In this document: piece by piece, positions 22,013 through 36,900 of the stretch | How positions within the stretch are numbered: the first letter of the stretch is position 1 | Layout: each line of letters opens with the position of its first letter | NCBI GenBank assembly: GCA_973895155.1 | Contig: OZ316895.1 | Span: 10,962,184-11,026,183 of the forward strand | Reading direction: 5' to 3' | Origin: Marsupella aquatica | Taxonomy: Eukaryota; Plantae; Marchantiophyta | DNA length: 64,000 nt | Notes under the pieces: model-generated | Databases searched by the model: none | Told to the model about the DNA's origin: nothing | Seen by the model: only the letters and a program-made list of their open reading frames with translations | Made by a program: the position numbers and the translations under genes

Positions 22013-25000
22013 TGACAAGTGCTGGGCAGTAAACGGCGTGTCCCAGAAGGGCAGTAAACTCACTTCCAGGGCAAGTCTCTCCAAATATGAAAAGAAGCAA
22101 TGGCCCTCCACCTTGTGAAGCCACTCACTGGATATATACTGGATGATATCTTTTGCATCAAAGGGCAGAAAGTGATAAAGTGCCTGAGGGCAGGCACTGA
22201 TATTGATTCGACCCTTCTGCCAGTCTCCCATTTTGTGAGATAATCTCCACAAGGTCGTTATTTCATACTACACAGTGCTGTACCCCCGCCGCAATATACG
22301 CGGATCCATCCGAGTAAATGATTCCATGCGAGCAGAACTTTTGGTGTCATGGAATCTTGTGATTGGCTTTGCATCACCTGTGTTTTGGCACAAAACACTA
22401 TAATATCTTGCCTTACAAAATGAGTAAAATATTCTAACTAATTGATTATTCGCTCTCAATTGATTATACACCTGGTTCTATACAGGCATACAGCACACTA
22501 AAACAAACCACTCTTTATGCTATTTTTAATGTATAAATTAAATTGTCACAAGTCATATAAAATAGAGAAATGTTCAATATTTTTCTCTTTCTTTTCCTTT
22601 GGTGTGCCTTTCTGCGTCACCATTTCAGAGAAAAAGTATTGTCATGACTCATGCTGGTTAATAAAGTACACTATGGTCTACCAAGAAGAGTCATTGTAGT
22701 TCTTTTCGGCTGCAATGTTGGGGTGAAGTTTTAGTCTCAAGGATCATTTGCTTCACTGTAAAAGATACTTGAGACTCACCCTCAAACAACCAGACAAACT
22801 ATTGTCTGTGTGGTGTGATACACACCTTGATAGTTTACTTATATATAGTCCTTTATACACAGACCAAAAATCTATCACATTAAAGGGTGCCACTAGTTAA
22901 TCGGTGTTCATTCCCTCATCCAAGAAGGAAAAAATACTATTAAAAAAATGTCCCCCTTCCCAGGTCTTTTTGTATCCCTCCCCTTAAAACACCCTTAATC
23001 CTCTCTTCCATCTGAAAATATGTAAAACTATATATATACAATATACAAATTTTCATAGGGGTCACTCAGAATAATTCCATTAAAGGATATCATTAAATGC
23101 TCCCATGGACCACAACTTTGGTCTTTGGAAACCTCCATGGACCACATTTCCCATCTTAAACTTATGAACATCTAGTTATTACAATTGAATTCATAAGTTT
23201 AAATATTTTTATTTTTTGAGGGTGTGCTAGAGGAGTAGGTAAGCTACACCTCCATCAAAGTCATAGTGAATTTTTGGCCATTTTGGCAGAATTATACATC
23301 ATGGGATGCAGAAGGGGTAAATTTTATTAGATTAATTTTCATTTTGTTAATATGAAATATTAGAGCTTGCTTTTTTAATGCCTCCTCCTCTAAGAGCTTT
23401 TTTAAAATTCAGAGTTATCAAGTTATAAGCCCAGAACTCCTGTGGACCACCAAAATGTGGTACATGGGAACAATGTGTCCAATATGGTGATGGACCACCA
23501 TGCTTCACTTTCCATTGTCCACCCCTTCTCTCAAGAAAAAAGTTATTAGACGCAAACCTGCTGGATTCAATAATTCCTCTCTACAAAAAAACAAAAGAGT
23601 CAAATACTCTCTCATCCCCTTTCGTATCATGTGGTTACGTTTTTTACTTGCTGAAATTATAAATCATTCAGCAATGAAATGGTCAAATGGAACATACACT
23701 AGGCGTCTAGGCCGGTTGGCATAGCACGAATTCGTCGTGTGTGGCCGTGTGTGTCATGTGTATCTTGTGTTGTGCCTACGCTCAGATTCTTTGTAATCAT
23801 TCTCTTGGAAAATACGCTTCCCGACGTCAGAGTGTTCACTACTTTTACTCCATTCAAGCTCTTTCAGCCGCCTGCTTATTGGTCGCCTCATACTTGTTCC
23901 CTTGTTAGATTGCCCATGGATTTAGCCGATAACTGGACACAATCATTAAAAAACACATATAATACAGTGATCGTCTTACAAATTTCCACTGCGATTGGTT
24001 TTGGGAAAACCAAAGCAAGGACAAGACCAAAAACAATAGGGAAAGGAAAAAGAGATAGTGGAGAAATTAGAAGGGGGAGTAGTACAAGGAGGATTTGTCC
24101 TCCGGGATCCTCCCAATCTACTTTGGACCAATTACACAAGCCCCAATAGCGGTCCATCAATGTCAATCCTTAGTATATTTTTTATGACATTTACCAAAAC
24201 TGAAACTGAACTCAATTTTGTAGGGTCAAGTAGGCCAATCGACATAAACCAAAACTGAAACTGAACTCAATTTTCTGAGTCAAGTGGGCAATCTTCCAGA
24301 TTTTCTTCTTGAAGGCCAAAGATATCTGCTCATTAGCCTATGCGGGAGTGCCTGCCTTTGACCTCTTGAATGCAACAATTTCTTTTAGATAACAATGTCT
24401 TTTTCTTCATGACATCTTTGCACAATGACATCTATGCAACATTTTGTACACTATGAGATCCTAAACACAACAATCTTTTTTGTGTAACATTTCTTTTGTA
24501 TGCAATGGCATCTTTTACAAAAGTATCTCTTTCACCAAACAAGTTTGTTATGTAACCCCTTTTTCTCCAGGACATTAATGATATCCTTTTCGCAATGACG
24601 TCTTTTATGCAATGAAATCTTTGTGCAACTTACAACATTTTTATGCAGACATCTTTGCATAACAACATCTTATGCATTTTTGAGCTCATCAGAAATGAAA
24701 CAACTGATTTTAGAAAAATCTCATATTTTTTGAGGTAATAGATTGGACATAAGAGAACATGCATGCAAAATTTGAGATTAAGAAAATATCCAAAAGTTGT
24801 CTTAATAAATGTACAAGTTGGTCAAATACCAAAAGTTTACAAGTTTACAGTTGGTCACAATGCTTGGAAAAACCACTTGAGGTTTGTCACTTTTTCTCTA
24901 GTGTGAATTGACTGATGACTTTATACAGTCCATGAGTACGGGCAGACGGATCCCTTGATCCATCCGGGCTTAATATTCCAAGAAAATATTGAATATTGGA

Positions 25001-28000
25001 AAAAATCAAATACAATGAAAATTTTGTACAATTCTCTTGAGTGTAATTTACCCACATTTAAGTTACTTTACAAGAATTTTCTGTTCACTCTCTGAGTTTT
25101 CCAAAAACATAATTTTTGTCCATACAACCTCTTAACAAATTCCATAATTGTTTCTCCACTTCATGAAATTTGATTTTCATTTTCATTTTCATTTTTGTAG
25201 ATAATTTTTTATAACTTGTGAACCGTAAAAGTCACCAAAATTTTGCTCATAAAGCAATGGAAGGTCCAAAAATATTGAACCTTTACTAGATATAACTTGT
25301 TTTGATAGAGCAAAGAACTTTGAAAGAGCACAAACTGAGGAAAAAACAATGTGCATTGAAGCGATTAATCCATGGCCCCCCCTTGTTTATTTGCGTAGTT
25401 AGGGTGGTTTGATTCATGAGGTCAATTTGAGTTTTGGATTGCATCTGAGAAATGGCTGGGTTTCTCATGACCTGATCAAATTTGGTTTTTTGGAGTCAAC
25501 CTTCATGTCTCGGATCATTTTTTGGCAAACCAATTTCCATTCTTGGATATAGAAGAACGGGGTTTGCAACTCGGCATGGGTGGCTACTGACGTCTGCGTG
25601 CAGCATCTCTTCTCTCAGAGATTTTTCTCTGAGGCATGTTTTGATGTTGTAGTCACAATTGAGATTGTTTATGTCCCTTGCCGCCCTATGAAAACAATAT
25701 GAATTGGTCGAATTTCTGACCTATCTCAAATTCAATTTAGAGCAGTCAAAAGTTGTTGTGGAGTTCAAAGTTGTCCATTCACCAACATTAAATGTTTTTC
25801 TGCAATCATATCGCCAAAGACTACATATTCTGGAATAAATGCATGGAACGCATTCACTATCATTATCAATATCTCACTTCGTTCTTGTCATGCATACATG
25901 ATGTTTTATGAACTTTGGTTGTAGGAAAATTCAACAATGTTGCGTCCGTTTCAGTTTGATAAACCTCATAAGGAATGTTTTTCCAGGATCATATCGCTGA
26001 AAGAGTACACATTGTAGATTAAATGCATCGAGTGTTGGATATAAGCCATTTGGTTAAAACCAGGTTTGTATTTCTTGTCCATGGCTATGATTCTACATTG
26101 CATGGTTGGATTATGACGTAGTAAATAATCTTCTAATCCTAGAGTTCCGATGCTTCTATCACGTCCAAATGAGCAACAAATGAGCAATTGCTACCGGTAA
26201 TTTTTATTATAGAAAGTAATTAATAATAATTGAGAAGCATTATTATTCATAAAGATAAATTTATTCTTTGATTTGTTTTGATTATTGTCAAAAAATAATA
26301 TGATGACATATGCTCCGTAGTTTCCTATTGAGAGTCATGGTTGTTTTATTACTCTACTGGATGCAATATGTAGTGGGTACCTTATCATTGTACCCTTGTC
26401 TTATGTTTGTTTTCTCTTAAGTGAGGTTGTACTTGTTTCAAATTGCAATACTCAAAGTCATTTGTATTAACAATCAATTATCTAAATTCAGCCATTACAT
26501 GATAGATTTGATATCTTAATGGCTTTCAATACATATCAAAAGTATTTAACATGCAAGCTTCGAGAGTGCAGTACCTCTTTTTGCATTACTTTCCAGATGT
26601 GGGTAGTTAGCCACAAGAAACAAAACACGAGAGTACCAAAGATGGACATTGCCTTTTAAAATAACGCAAAAATTATATTATCTTAGTTTGATACAACATT
26701 TTGAGTTTGTAACTGCCTCCGATTAATGCAATTCTCTAGTAATACTTTACTAATAGTACTTGTGGTAGCGTTACCTTGGTTGGATCGTACTGGTAGTTCC
26801 TTAATTGTTCGACATCCTCCCGAACATCCTTTGGTTGACTGATCCGTGAGATAGAATCTAGAACAAATGGGGCACACTTGATGTTTTGATCAAAATATTT
26901 GCATGAGTTCAAAACATAATTTCAGTCATATTACATGATCGGCTGAATTAGATGGCTGCAGACTCTATTAGAAGTATGAGAACATGAAGTAAAATTTGAG
27001 CAATATACATATCCCAACAACATCTTGTCTTTCATCTCCATTGATTTGCTCTCACTTGTGGAAGCCATGAGCTCATTATCAGTTGAGCAATTGGTTATCA
27101 TAAGTACATGAAGCTAGACCACTGCTTCCTATCCAACCAAGATTTGCAAATTAGGCTTCACAAATCTAAGAAACCATGTCTCAATACCAACAAGTTGTTT
27201 GTAGAGCTCAAGCTCCCACAAACACAATAAACCCGTACTTTTGCTTTCACTGCAGTCCGAGTGCAAAAAACTCAAAATTCAGAGTTGGGTACACTTTTGG
27301 CAGCCATTTAATTTGTTGCCAATATTGAGAAATTATCTAATATTTTTAATAATAAGAAAAGATAATTAATCCGTGGGCCCCCATGTTCATCCAAGGAATA
27401 TGTGTAATGAAATGAAATGAATTTTAGCAAGGCGGTAACTGATAGTTTTAAGTTTCCTCGTGGTCTTGGTGTGTTCTCGTACAAAAGAGAACCCTCGAAA
27501 GATAGAGGAGATCGATCTGGTTGAGATGATCTCTCTAGTTTATCAAATGGAAGGTTAAATGTGGAGGATTTGAGTTTTTTGACAATTTTTGCTGACACAT
27601 TAGAGAAATCATGTGTCTACGATTCTTGATTGATCGTTTGTGAATTACTTTGAGCATTACGACCACAAGACATTGGAGGACAACACTCAACTGTTGGCAA
27701 AAGAGTGCTTGTCATTTAGGTGGGAAGAACACATGAAACGGACAAGCCATCACTTCACATGAAGGTTTTGTAGATTTATGAATTAAGAAAGCTATGGTGC
27801 GAGGGGGATCCAACAATTATTTTTCTGACATAGAGGCTTCATTTGACATTAGCCTGTGTTTAGAGTGAGTTGCAGTTGAAGCCTAGAGGGACGCAAACAA
27901 TTCAAGCTAGGAAGCAAGCATTGCGGACAAGCGATGGGGACGTAATCAAAGAAATCAAATTGTAGCGGCTAAGTTTGTGACGGTGACGAGATTGTGACAT

Positions 28001-28399
28001 CTCTTCATCGAGAAAGGGAGGTAGGCATTTTCTGATGTTGCATTTCTTTAGTAGGTGACGGTTCTTTAAGTGTGCGCAAGTTCTACGATCATAAGGTATC
28101 CACCATTCACCTCACAACTCAAACTCAAACTCAAAACTCAGCTGAAGATCGCTCCTCCATTTCTTCAACGCAATGTGACAAAATGACAGTACCCTACTCA
28201 CAATCATCTCTTGTTCACTGGTATCTCTCTCATCGAAGAGAGAGGATTAGGTATGAGCCATTACTTACATTATTTTAGAGGCAGTTATCTAACCAATTAC
28301 ATAGTAAACAATTTAAAAACACTTGAAAGTTAACTAATACGGTTACGTAGTGAAAAAATGACATCTTTTCTTTGTATTCTGGTTTTTTTTTATGCTGAA

Positions 28400-28820
28400 T
28401 ACTTACGGCATAGCGCCCCAAAAATTATGTTGCTTTTGCCACAAACATGAATGTGCACTTTTGTAACTATCAAAAATATAATCTTTCCTATTTGTGACTG
28501 GTTGTGCTGATGTGGTGCAACCTCGTGGCAGGGAATTTGGAAGGGAACTCTCATGGGGGCTGTAACTAAAACAATTAGTGTTTGAAAAATTTGACATTTT
28601 CTTTTGAATTTGATTTACTTTTATTTTAGTTTTACATTTAGGACTTACGGCATGGCAACCTTGTTATTACACAAATTTTTCCACAAACAGGATTTGGGCA
28701 CTATTTTTAATTCTGCAAAACAGTTGTGTCCTCTTTGTTGTTATCTATGTTGAAGTGGCACATCCTCCTGCCAAGAAATTTGCAAGAGACCCCTCATGGG
28801 GGTCCATAAATACTATACCA
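28400..28820. repeat. Diverged ~243-bp tandem duplication
   Basis: acttacggcat...ccacaaaca...gtgg...cct...gaatttg..ag...ctcatgggggc/t occurs starting at ~28400 and at ~28643. Confidence 0.6.
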
Positions 28821-30347
28821 TTCAATATTGGATCAAATTTTATTTTTTTGCATAATAATCTATTATTTTGTATCTTTACATATATATCTATAGTTAAAAC
28901 ATTTTCTTATTATTTTTTGCATAATAATCTATTTATGAACGTATACAAATGCATGGTCCATACAAATTTCTCCTTTTCTCTACAAACAATCTAAAAACTG
29001 CCAATAGAAGAAAACCCTCGCCTTCAATCACCCCTTCATGACTATACCATATTATAGTTTAGGGTTTAGGGTCCCGGTAAGAAAAACTTTTTCCAAATAA
29101 TGCATAACCTTTTCCACCTACAGTACATTTCCTCACAGTTGAAAATTGAAGCATATTTATTCACAACAACGTTTTGAACACATTACAAAGGTCCACAGTT
29201 CCACTCTATTTCTACTCCACTTAATCACTGCACCTTAATTATCATGTCTCCTTTTCGGCCGCCAGGTTTTGTCACCTGTGACTTTGTTCCCTTGCTACTT
29301 TGCTAGCTTGCCCGTGGATTTAGCTCCTGATCTCCTCCTTTTCGGTAATTCCCAGTGGACCCTTTATCACCGCAACTTTATGATTCTGACCTGACCTCTC
29401 TCCGCTCTTTCCCTGATCAGTCTGTCAGTTGTTTATTTACATTCTCAGTAGATCAGCTTATCACGAATAATGAGAGAAAGGTGTGTTTTGAGACATTGCT
29501 TTAGGACGGAGATTGAAGACATTTTGTTGTTGTTGGGAAAGGACCCAATCTAGCACTATAAGTGGGATCGAAAGTTACTTCTCAGGGTGATCTATTGTCT
29601 GGAGTCAAGGCTCTAGATTGCTGGGAGCCTAATTGAAGTTGGGGTGCAAGAGAAGAAGGGGGTTGGCAGCAAGGTGAGTTTCTGAACATAATTCAGCAAC
29701 TTGAATGTTCTCACTTATTGTTATGTTTACAAATGGGGCAGTCAGGCTGGTTACTAAATATTAGAAAACAAAGTACAAAGGCGTAAAAGCAACAGTGGTA
29801 CATGGCAACCAAACACGAACTCAAGAGAAGAGGAAAAGGATCAGTTCACTAAAAAGTGCCAAAAGGGCATTGCCCTTTCCCCTCTTTTACTCCGTTTCAT
29901 CCGGTTATTTTGCTTTTGGGATCATGTCTCTCACTTGGGGTTTTTTTGCCCTTGGGCAGAGTGATATTATATATAAAAGGACATGGAGTAAAAGCAAAAG
30001 ACTTCCTGAGAATACAAAACACCAAATGCAAAGAAAGGAAAATTTAATTTACTGAAAAGTGCCAAACAAAGTACAATGAATGGAAAGATCACAAACGCAA
30101 ATCCCAAAAAACCAGAAAGTGAAAATGGATTAACATCAACCACTGCTCGAGTTCTCCACCTAGAGTACAGAACACGTGCAAGAACACAGGGACTGTAGGG
30201 CTAAGTTCCCTCTAGTGGATGGTCCAGGGGAGTAAGTTAGCTTGAACAGTGTATATACTTGGCAGACAGATGACGTCCAGATTTTATGGTCTTCCATCTC
30301 CACTCATAAGTGTGTCGGTCCTGCATGACACGCTAGTCATCCAAATC

Positions 30348-30349
<2 letters not shown>

Positions 30350-30380
<31 letters not shown>
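30350..30380. repeat. (CT)n microsatellite
   Basis: About 15 CT units. The paralogous site at ~11008 has about 5. Confidence 0.9.
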
Positions 30381-30381
<1 letters not shown>

Positions 30382-30509
30382 AGTGCAAGCACTCTAACGA
30401 GTTTTTCCTTCATGGAGTGACCAACAATGTTTTCTAGAAAGACTATGGTCAACCATGACTCCAGGAAAACTGCACGGTTGGACCATGCGGCCGACCCTAC
30501 ATGGTAGAC

Positions 30510-30860
30510 CGAGAAACCACGGAGTTTATTTGGGAGAAACCGCAAAAAATGACCGCCGCCAAAACTTTGATTTGAAGACAATATGAATTATGTTTTCGGA
30601 TTCAAAATTTGACCGATTGTTGGGTAGTCATTAGGTTTGTTTGTACGGGTTTTTTCGTGACTGTTGGACCGTGCAGGAGGGCACCCCTGCATGGTCAAAG
30701 AAACATGTGGAAGAAACAGGTGAAACCGCGGAGATGATGTGGGAGAACCGCAAAAAGCAGCTGCCGTTGCCCAAACCTCGACTTGAATACAATATGGATT
30801 ATGACTTCGGGTTCAAATTTTTACTGTATCGCGGGGTAGTCGTTAGGTATGCTTTTCATG
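30510..30860. repeat. Diverged ~210-bp tandem duplication inside a copy-2-specific intergenic segment
   Basis: gaaacc.cggag...tgggaga(a)accgcaaaaa...caatatg.attatg..ttcgg.ttcaaa...gggtagtc.ttaggt at ~30513 and ~30722. Confidence 0.7.
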
Positions 30861-33800
30861 CGGTGCACATGGGTTTTTCACGATGTTTTCATGTGCGACT
30901 GTCAGTGTTAGTGCGGAGTACCTCCAAATGTTCATAGTGAATATTCAAGTTCAATGTTCGGAATTCCCCCATTGCTGCCATGACAAAAATTGACAAATGA
31001 TCGACAAATGTGCTCAAAAAATGGTGATACTCCCCTGCGCAATGCATACAAACAATTCCAAAAGAAGACAGACTCGAAGGTGTTGGGGTACACTTTGAAC
31101 CCTAAACCTTGAAACATGGGGAAAAGTAATCCATTGTGTCTTCAGGCATTAACCCGTAGAATCCTGTGGTAATGGCATTGTTGCCCGTTGCGATGAACCG
31201 TGGTAGACTATGGCAACTCGCGTGGTGGATTAGGCGCTGTAGACTGTGACGACAAGCGTGGTGGAGTGGGCCTGGGAGCACGGTGCACTACGAGGGAATG
31301 GGTGTGGTTAACTGTACATAGTAGACACCACACAACAACAGGTGTACGGGTCATTAAGAGAGGTCCCACGCCCCAAGGTCTGTTAAAGACACCCTACCCC
31401 ACAGGCACCTCACCTAGCAGAATGCTCCTTTGTTGAAGGCCGGCTAGTGTAGAGAAATTCCCTTGCCTGGATGTTCCTGTGCCTTACTAGCTGTTGGGTA
31501 CCTACTACTCTCTTACACAGGTGATCAGAGTTTATGACATTTAGGGATCACCAAATGACACCTAATGTTCCCTGTTTCACATGACTTTGTTAGGATACTT
31601 AATAAAGTACTCACTTTGAGGCCAAAAGAAAAGAGACTTTGAGAGTTTACTCATACTAAGTTTCCATGATGTAAAAAGAAACTTATCAGCTCTGTATAGT
31701 ATTTAATTGCCACTGACCTATATTTCCAGAGTCCACTACTTCCTATTTTTTCACATCCCACTCACTCCTTTCCTCCATGGTGACAGTGTGCTCCACTATT
31801 CAAGAAACAGTTTCTATTAACTGTGAAACCTGGTGGATCCAGGTTTTGTCATGGCTAAGTAGTGGTATTTAAGAACTAAAGTTTGCATCAAGGCTTGTAT
31901 TAATGAAGATTAGCAAGAGAGAATAGGGTCTTCTCATTCAAGACTTAAGGCATGACAATCTTCCTTGACGCACTTCAGTTGCCCAAAAGCCCATAAGGCT
32001 GACATTCATCTCATTTTCAGATTAAGTACCAGTGCCCAAACTACCTTGTCCTCCCCACTCGGTGCATATGTCCCGTATCTCCTAACAGATCCAGTACTGT
32101 AGAACTTCACAGCCCTCAAAACCCCTTCATGGCTGGGGGTAGCCGGGAGGTGGAGGACTGCAGGCTGGGGAGGCCTCGCTGCCATAGCCCTCTGGCCACC
32201 TGCCTGGGGGCTAGCCTTCCAGTCATTTGCCCTCCATTGGGTTGGCTGCCATTTCCATAGCCCTCCGCCAACAGCCTTCCAATCCCATACCGTCCCCACA
32301 CCCTCCAGTCCACAGCCCTCAAGTCTAGTATTCCTCCAACCAATACTTTCACTCATTTTCAAGAGTAAATGAGTTTAACCTGCCCATAGCCTTTGAGTCC
32401 AATACCCGTACCAAGAGCCCTCCAGCCTATGCTTTTAGCCATTTTCAAGAGGTAATGAGTCCCGTAATGAGTTTAACCCGCAATCAGGTTATCCCTACCC
32501 TTGACCAAAAATGCATGAACTGTACTAGAATGGCTAAGTGCACCCATTCAATAAAAATTGTCTAGCCTTACACTCATGGGTGCAAACATTTGCTAAACCC
32601 TTTAGGGAAAAAGGGCCATCTGCATTGTTTGGGGTCCCCAACTAAGCACTATGGTATACACAATATAACCTGGACCCACTCGAACAGATATGAAACCCTC
32701 TCCACACCATACATGTCTTTACATTTTGCCAAACAATGTACTGTAAATTCACGTGTTTGAGCACAATCGCAGATTAAGGAAATCTCAATTTCTAAGAAGC
32801 TGAAGACTTGGCTCACGTACACTTGCAGAATCGTCTATGCATTTTAGTAGCTTTGATAAAAATACTACTGAAGAAGCAAACATGTGAGTGTCGCTCGTTT
32901 TATATCTTCTTCAGTGATCTCTCTGTCAATGCGTAGATGCCACCCCACATCAATTCGATTAGTAGGACTCGCTCTCTGCTTTTGCCACCCTATACGGAGC
33001 CATGACTTAATAGAACATGTTTTTTTGTGTCCATTCATTTTGAATCATGTTTCATCTGCTATCATCGTGAAAACCCCATTCTGTGCAGCCTTGCAAGTAT
33101 GTTGCCATCTATACCAAGGTCGGGCATCAAATTCTTGTTGTCTTCGAGTACATTTTGGAACTTCATCAATAATGATAGTGTCTATTTTTTGAAACTTAAG
33201 CCCTGTTAGGCTAAGGGGTTTGTTTCGCGCATCACTTTACACGCAAATTCACACTAACCTGCTGCTTTTGAAAAGGACGTTTCTTTTAAGGAGGACCCTA
33301 AGTAGGACCCCAAGAAGTTTTTCAGGCGCCCAGACTGATGATAAAATGCTGGCTTTTGGCGACTTGTGCATTTATTTCGCCAACTTTTGAATCTCTTTTC
33401 GAGCTCAAAATTTTCCAGCACGCTCTTTGATGTCCACTCTATTATCAATCTGACAAAAGTCTGAGATTTTTATGGGATCATTTTCTGTATTGCCGATGAG
33501 TGCGAAGAGAAACACATTACTCTAGCTCTTCAACCAATAAACGAACTGAACGTACGTGGTCAAATCAGTTATAAGCGCCTCAGCAGAACATTGCAGTGAC
33601 TGTACATCAATATGCAATTCGGTTTGCGCTTACATTTTAGCCCACAAACGTGGTTACAAGTACTGCCAGATTTAGTCCAATTGATCAGTCTCGTATGTTA
33701 TGCAACAATATGGGCTACTTGTGGATTACTTTCAGTACCAATTTATCCAACAATCAGGACTCTTCTTTGGTGTGGCCAATGAGAGCTCGTTCCTTGAATC

Positions 33801-33967
33801 CCTCCGTTGGGAACAGAGGCTCAAGCAGAGTTGAGCTAAGGCAGGTCGATGATAGACGCTGAACAAAGTCCATTAAGCAGGTCCAGAGTTACCGAAATTC
33901 GGAAGGCTCCATGCTTCTGAGACCTAACGTGTCTCTACTAAACATAATAAAAAGTTCTGTTTCTAGG

Positions 33968-36900
33968 TTACCAGGTAGTCATATTCACTGAATTCATTTG
34001 GTAGACGTCCAAGCTCTTCATGTTGATGGTAGTGGTTCCGTTGTTGAAGAGGAAGAGACGCGCTCTCGACCCCATGGCCACAGTCGGGTAGACTCGCGAT
34101 GTGATAGCAAACCTACCGCCTTGCACAAATGTTTCAACAATGGAATGATCAACCTGCATATATGTACACACAAAACAGGTTGTCAAAATCTTGACCAACT
34201 GACTGTGTAGTCCTTCCTCAACACTATACTCCTGAGTGAGGATCAATTTTGTGGCGGCCCAAGTGTCTCTTGCTGTGATTACTTCGTAATCTATAGACAA
34301 TGCATGCATTTGATTAACCAATACCCTGCTCAGACTTTGGTTCTAATTTCCAGTATGGTTTGTATTTGGTACCTTAGTGTGACGAGGCGAAGGGCTAATA
34401 AGTCCATAACTACTTGTTACAATTATTGATCTTGTACTTCAAACTCTAGAGGTACCTGGGTAATTGTACGACTCACGGTGAACCACAATCATAATTGAAC
34501 ATGCCGTTATGCCCCAGGTGGGAAAAGGGAGATTGCAAGTCATAAATGAGGGCAGCATACTGTATTTTGAAAATAATATGGAGCTCCAGGTTAAGGGTTT
34601 AGCGAGAACTCACAAGGATTCGTAAAGATAGTTCATTTTCTTCCGGCAGGACAGTGACATAGGTTCCGTAAACAGCTTTGTCCAGGCCCGAGGCCAGTGA
34701 CGACCTGCAATGTGATCACAATTCCATTTTGTGACAATTCAGTTCACAGGAGCCTTTTCGAGCTTGGAGTTCGACACCCAAGTATAAAGTTCCTTTGGCA
34801 ATCTTCTAGCAATTATGAGAAAGCATGTGTTTCCAAATCGCGGGGAGATCAATCATCCCACCAAGCATTTCAATGACAAACTGTAATTCGCCTTGCTGAC
34901 TTTACAATAACGCCTAGACTTACTGAAGAATCCTGCTGATTTGAACTCAGGTTTCTCCATTTGTTGTAAATCATTGCCCATGTTCATCGACATAAATTAA
35001 TAAGTAGAACCCCAAAGAAATCCATTATTTTCTACCCTTTCCAGAACTATCTCAAGCAAATTGCCTAGAAATCCACAATTATGCATCAACTTATTATTTT
35101 GAGCAGAAGTTATATTCAAAAAGCTGTTCCCGCTCCTTTCCCCACACAAGCCCGCCCCCCTACCCAAAAACAAAGAAAGATAAAACAAACGCGACAAACT
35201 TTGATTCTACAAATGAATATCAACCCTTTGCTCAAAAATTGAAAAAGGTATGAATTTGCCATGCCACCTCGAAAGCAGACTCCAAAACAATGGAGTAGTA
35301 CATTTGAAAATCTCAGGAAAATGAGAGTCTGCATCTTGGTAAGCTGGTTTGTGACAAATGTTAATAATTCTCACCTGCTCTGGTCGCTGCAGGCTAGAGT
35401 CGCCCATTGCCCGTCGTTCAAAAGCGAGACGTAGAAGAAAACACCCGTGTGCTCAATCAAGTTCTCATCTGCGTGTAAGAGCACTCCAAACGGACCATAG
35501 ACGCCCCTATGACCCGACCCTCCCTGCCCGCAGTCGAAATCGACGGCCTCCGGCACCCCGTGTACGTTGCTGGTATCAGGCCTCTCAAACACGACGACGA
35601 TGTCCAACTGCACCATGTACAGCCACGCATTTGACAGCATTAGTTTCCACTGTCTTATGCTTCATGAAATTAATACTGGAGAGTCACAAGATCGATGTGG
35701 GTCACCATCCATTTTAACAGCATGAATTTCCTATACTGTGACATTCATGAAAATAATTTTGAGTCACAAGTTGAGGGTCTCCTCATCATCAAAACGTTAT
35801 CCTCGAGGTCTTATACTAGAGATCTTCAACCGATTAAAGACCAGTGAGCGGTATAAGCCCAGAACTCCCGGGTCTGGACGCTGGACGCTGGTCTTGATGA
35901 CAGCTTCTGTACTGATATAACCAACAGTCAGGAAGTTTCCACAGCAAGTGGTGTCAATCATGGAAAACATGTGCTTATTCCCTTACTAACCACGGTGGGT
36001 CGGTAGATCGAGGATGGAACTTCGAAGTTGGACTGGTACCGGAGGCGCTATCACCAACATACTACTGTACTATTACCAGAGGCTATAGATTTTCAGAAAG
36101 GAGCTTTCATTGTGGGGATTACAGCTATGGATTATAGGTAGCATGGATGACTGCTAATAAAATCAGCAGCAAGGCAATCGATACCTGTCGACCGTCCAGT
36201 TTGCGTGCCGCGAGCGAGTAAATTCAAAGCAACAAACCCGGGCGAGTGTGAGTCAGGTTTGTGCTTACCTGATCTCCATTCCCTCCGTCTACGTTGATGA
36301 CGTCACTTGGCTCCAGCTTAATATCTCGATGACTCGTCTTCTCTCCACGGAGGGCCTCCACTTCCTCAACCGGCCATTGCAGCAGATTTGTGGAAGTCAT
36401 TCCATCGAGCCATATCACCCTGGGAATCGCCTGTTAACCAATGCTCCGGAATATGAGTACAGTCAGCATCATCATGTATAATATAATCTGTCTAGAACGG
36501 ATTGAAACGTTCCCTGCACTAATTAATAGCAGAATTAGAAACGCTATTGACCGAGTGTCATTGTCTGTAAAGCAGTCAAGGGATCAATTTATCGGAAAAC
36601 AAGCGGACATCAGTTTCTTAAAGGACATTACGTACGAGATTCAAGAGAGTCCAGAACCACCCTTTCACACCTGAAGAGATGCCCATCCTTTGATTTCTTG
36701 GTCTTCGCGGCTGTCCGATTCGTTGACCCAGCCCCAGACGATACGCCTGCCGTTGCTAGTATCATAGAAAGACTTGGAGGCATAGAATTTCCCGTAATCA
36801 TATCGGTACCCGCGTCCTATATCCAGAGAAGCGTCGTCGACAGTGAAAGTATGTGTATCTGTCGAGTAAGTGCCGATACAGTAGTGATCTTGCAACCAAT

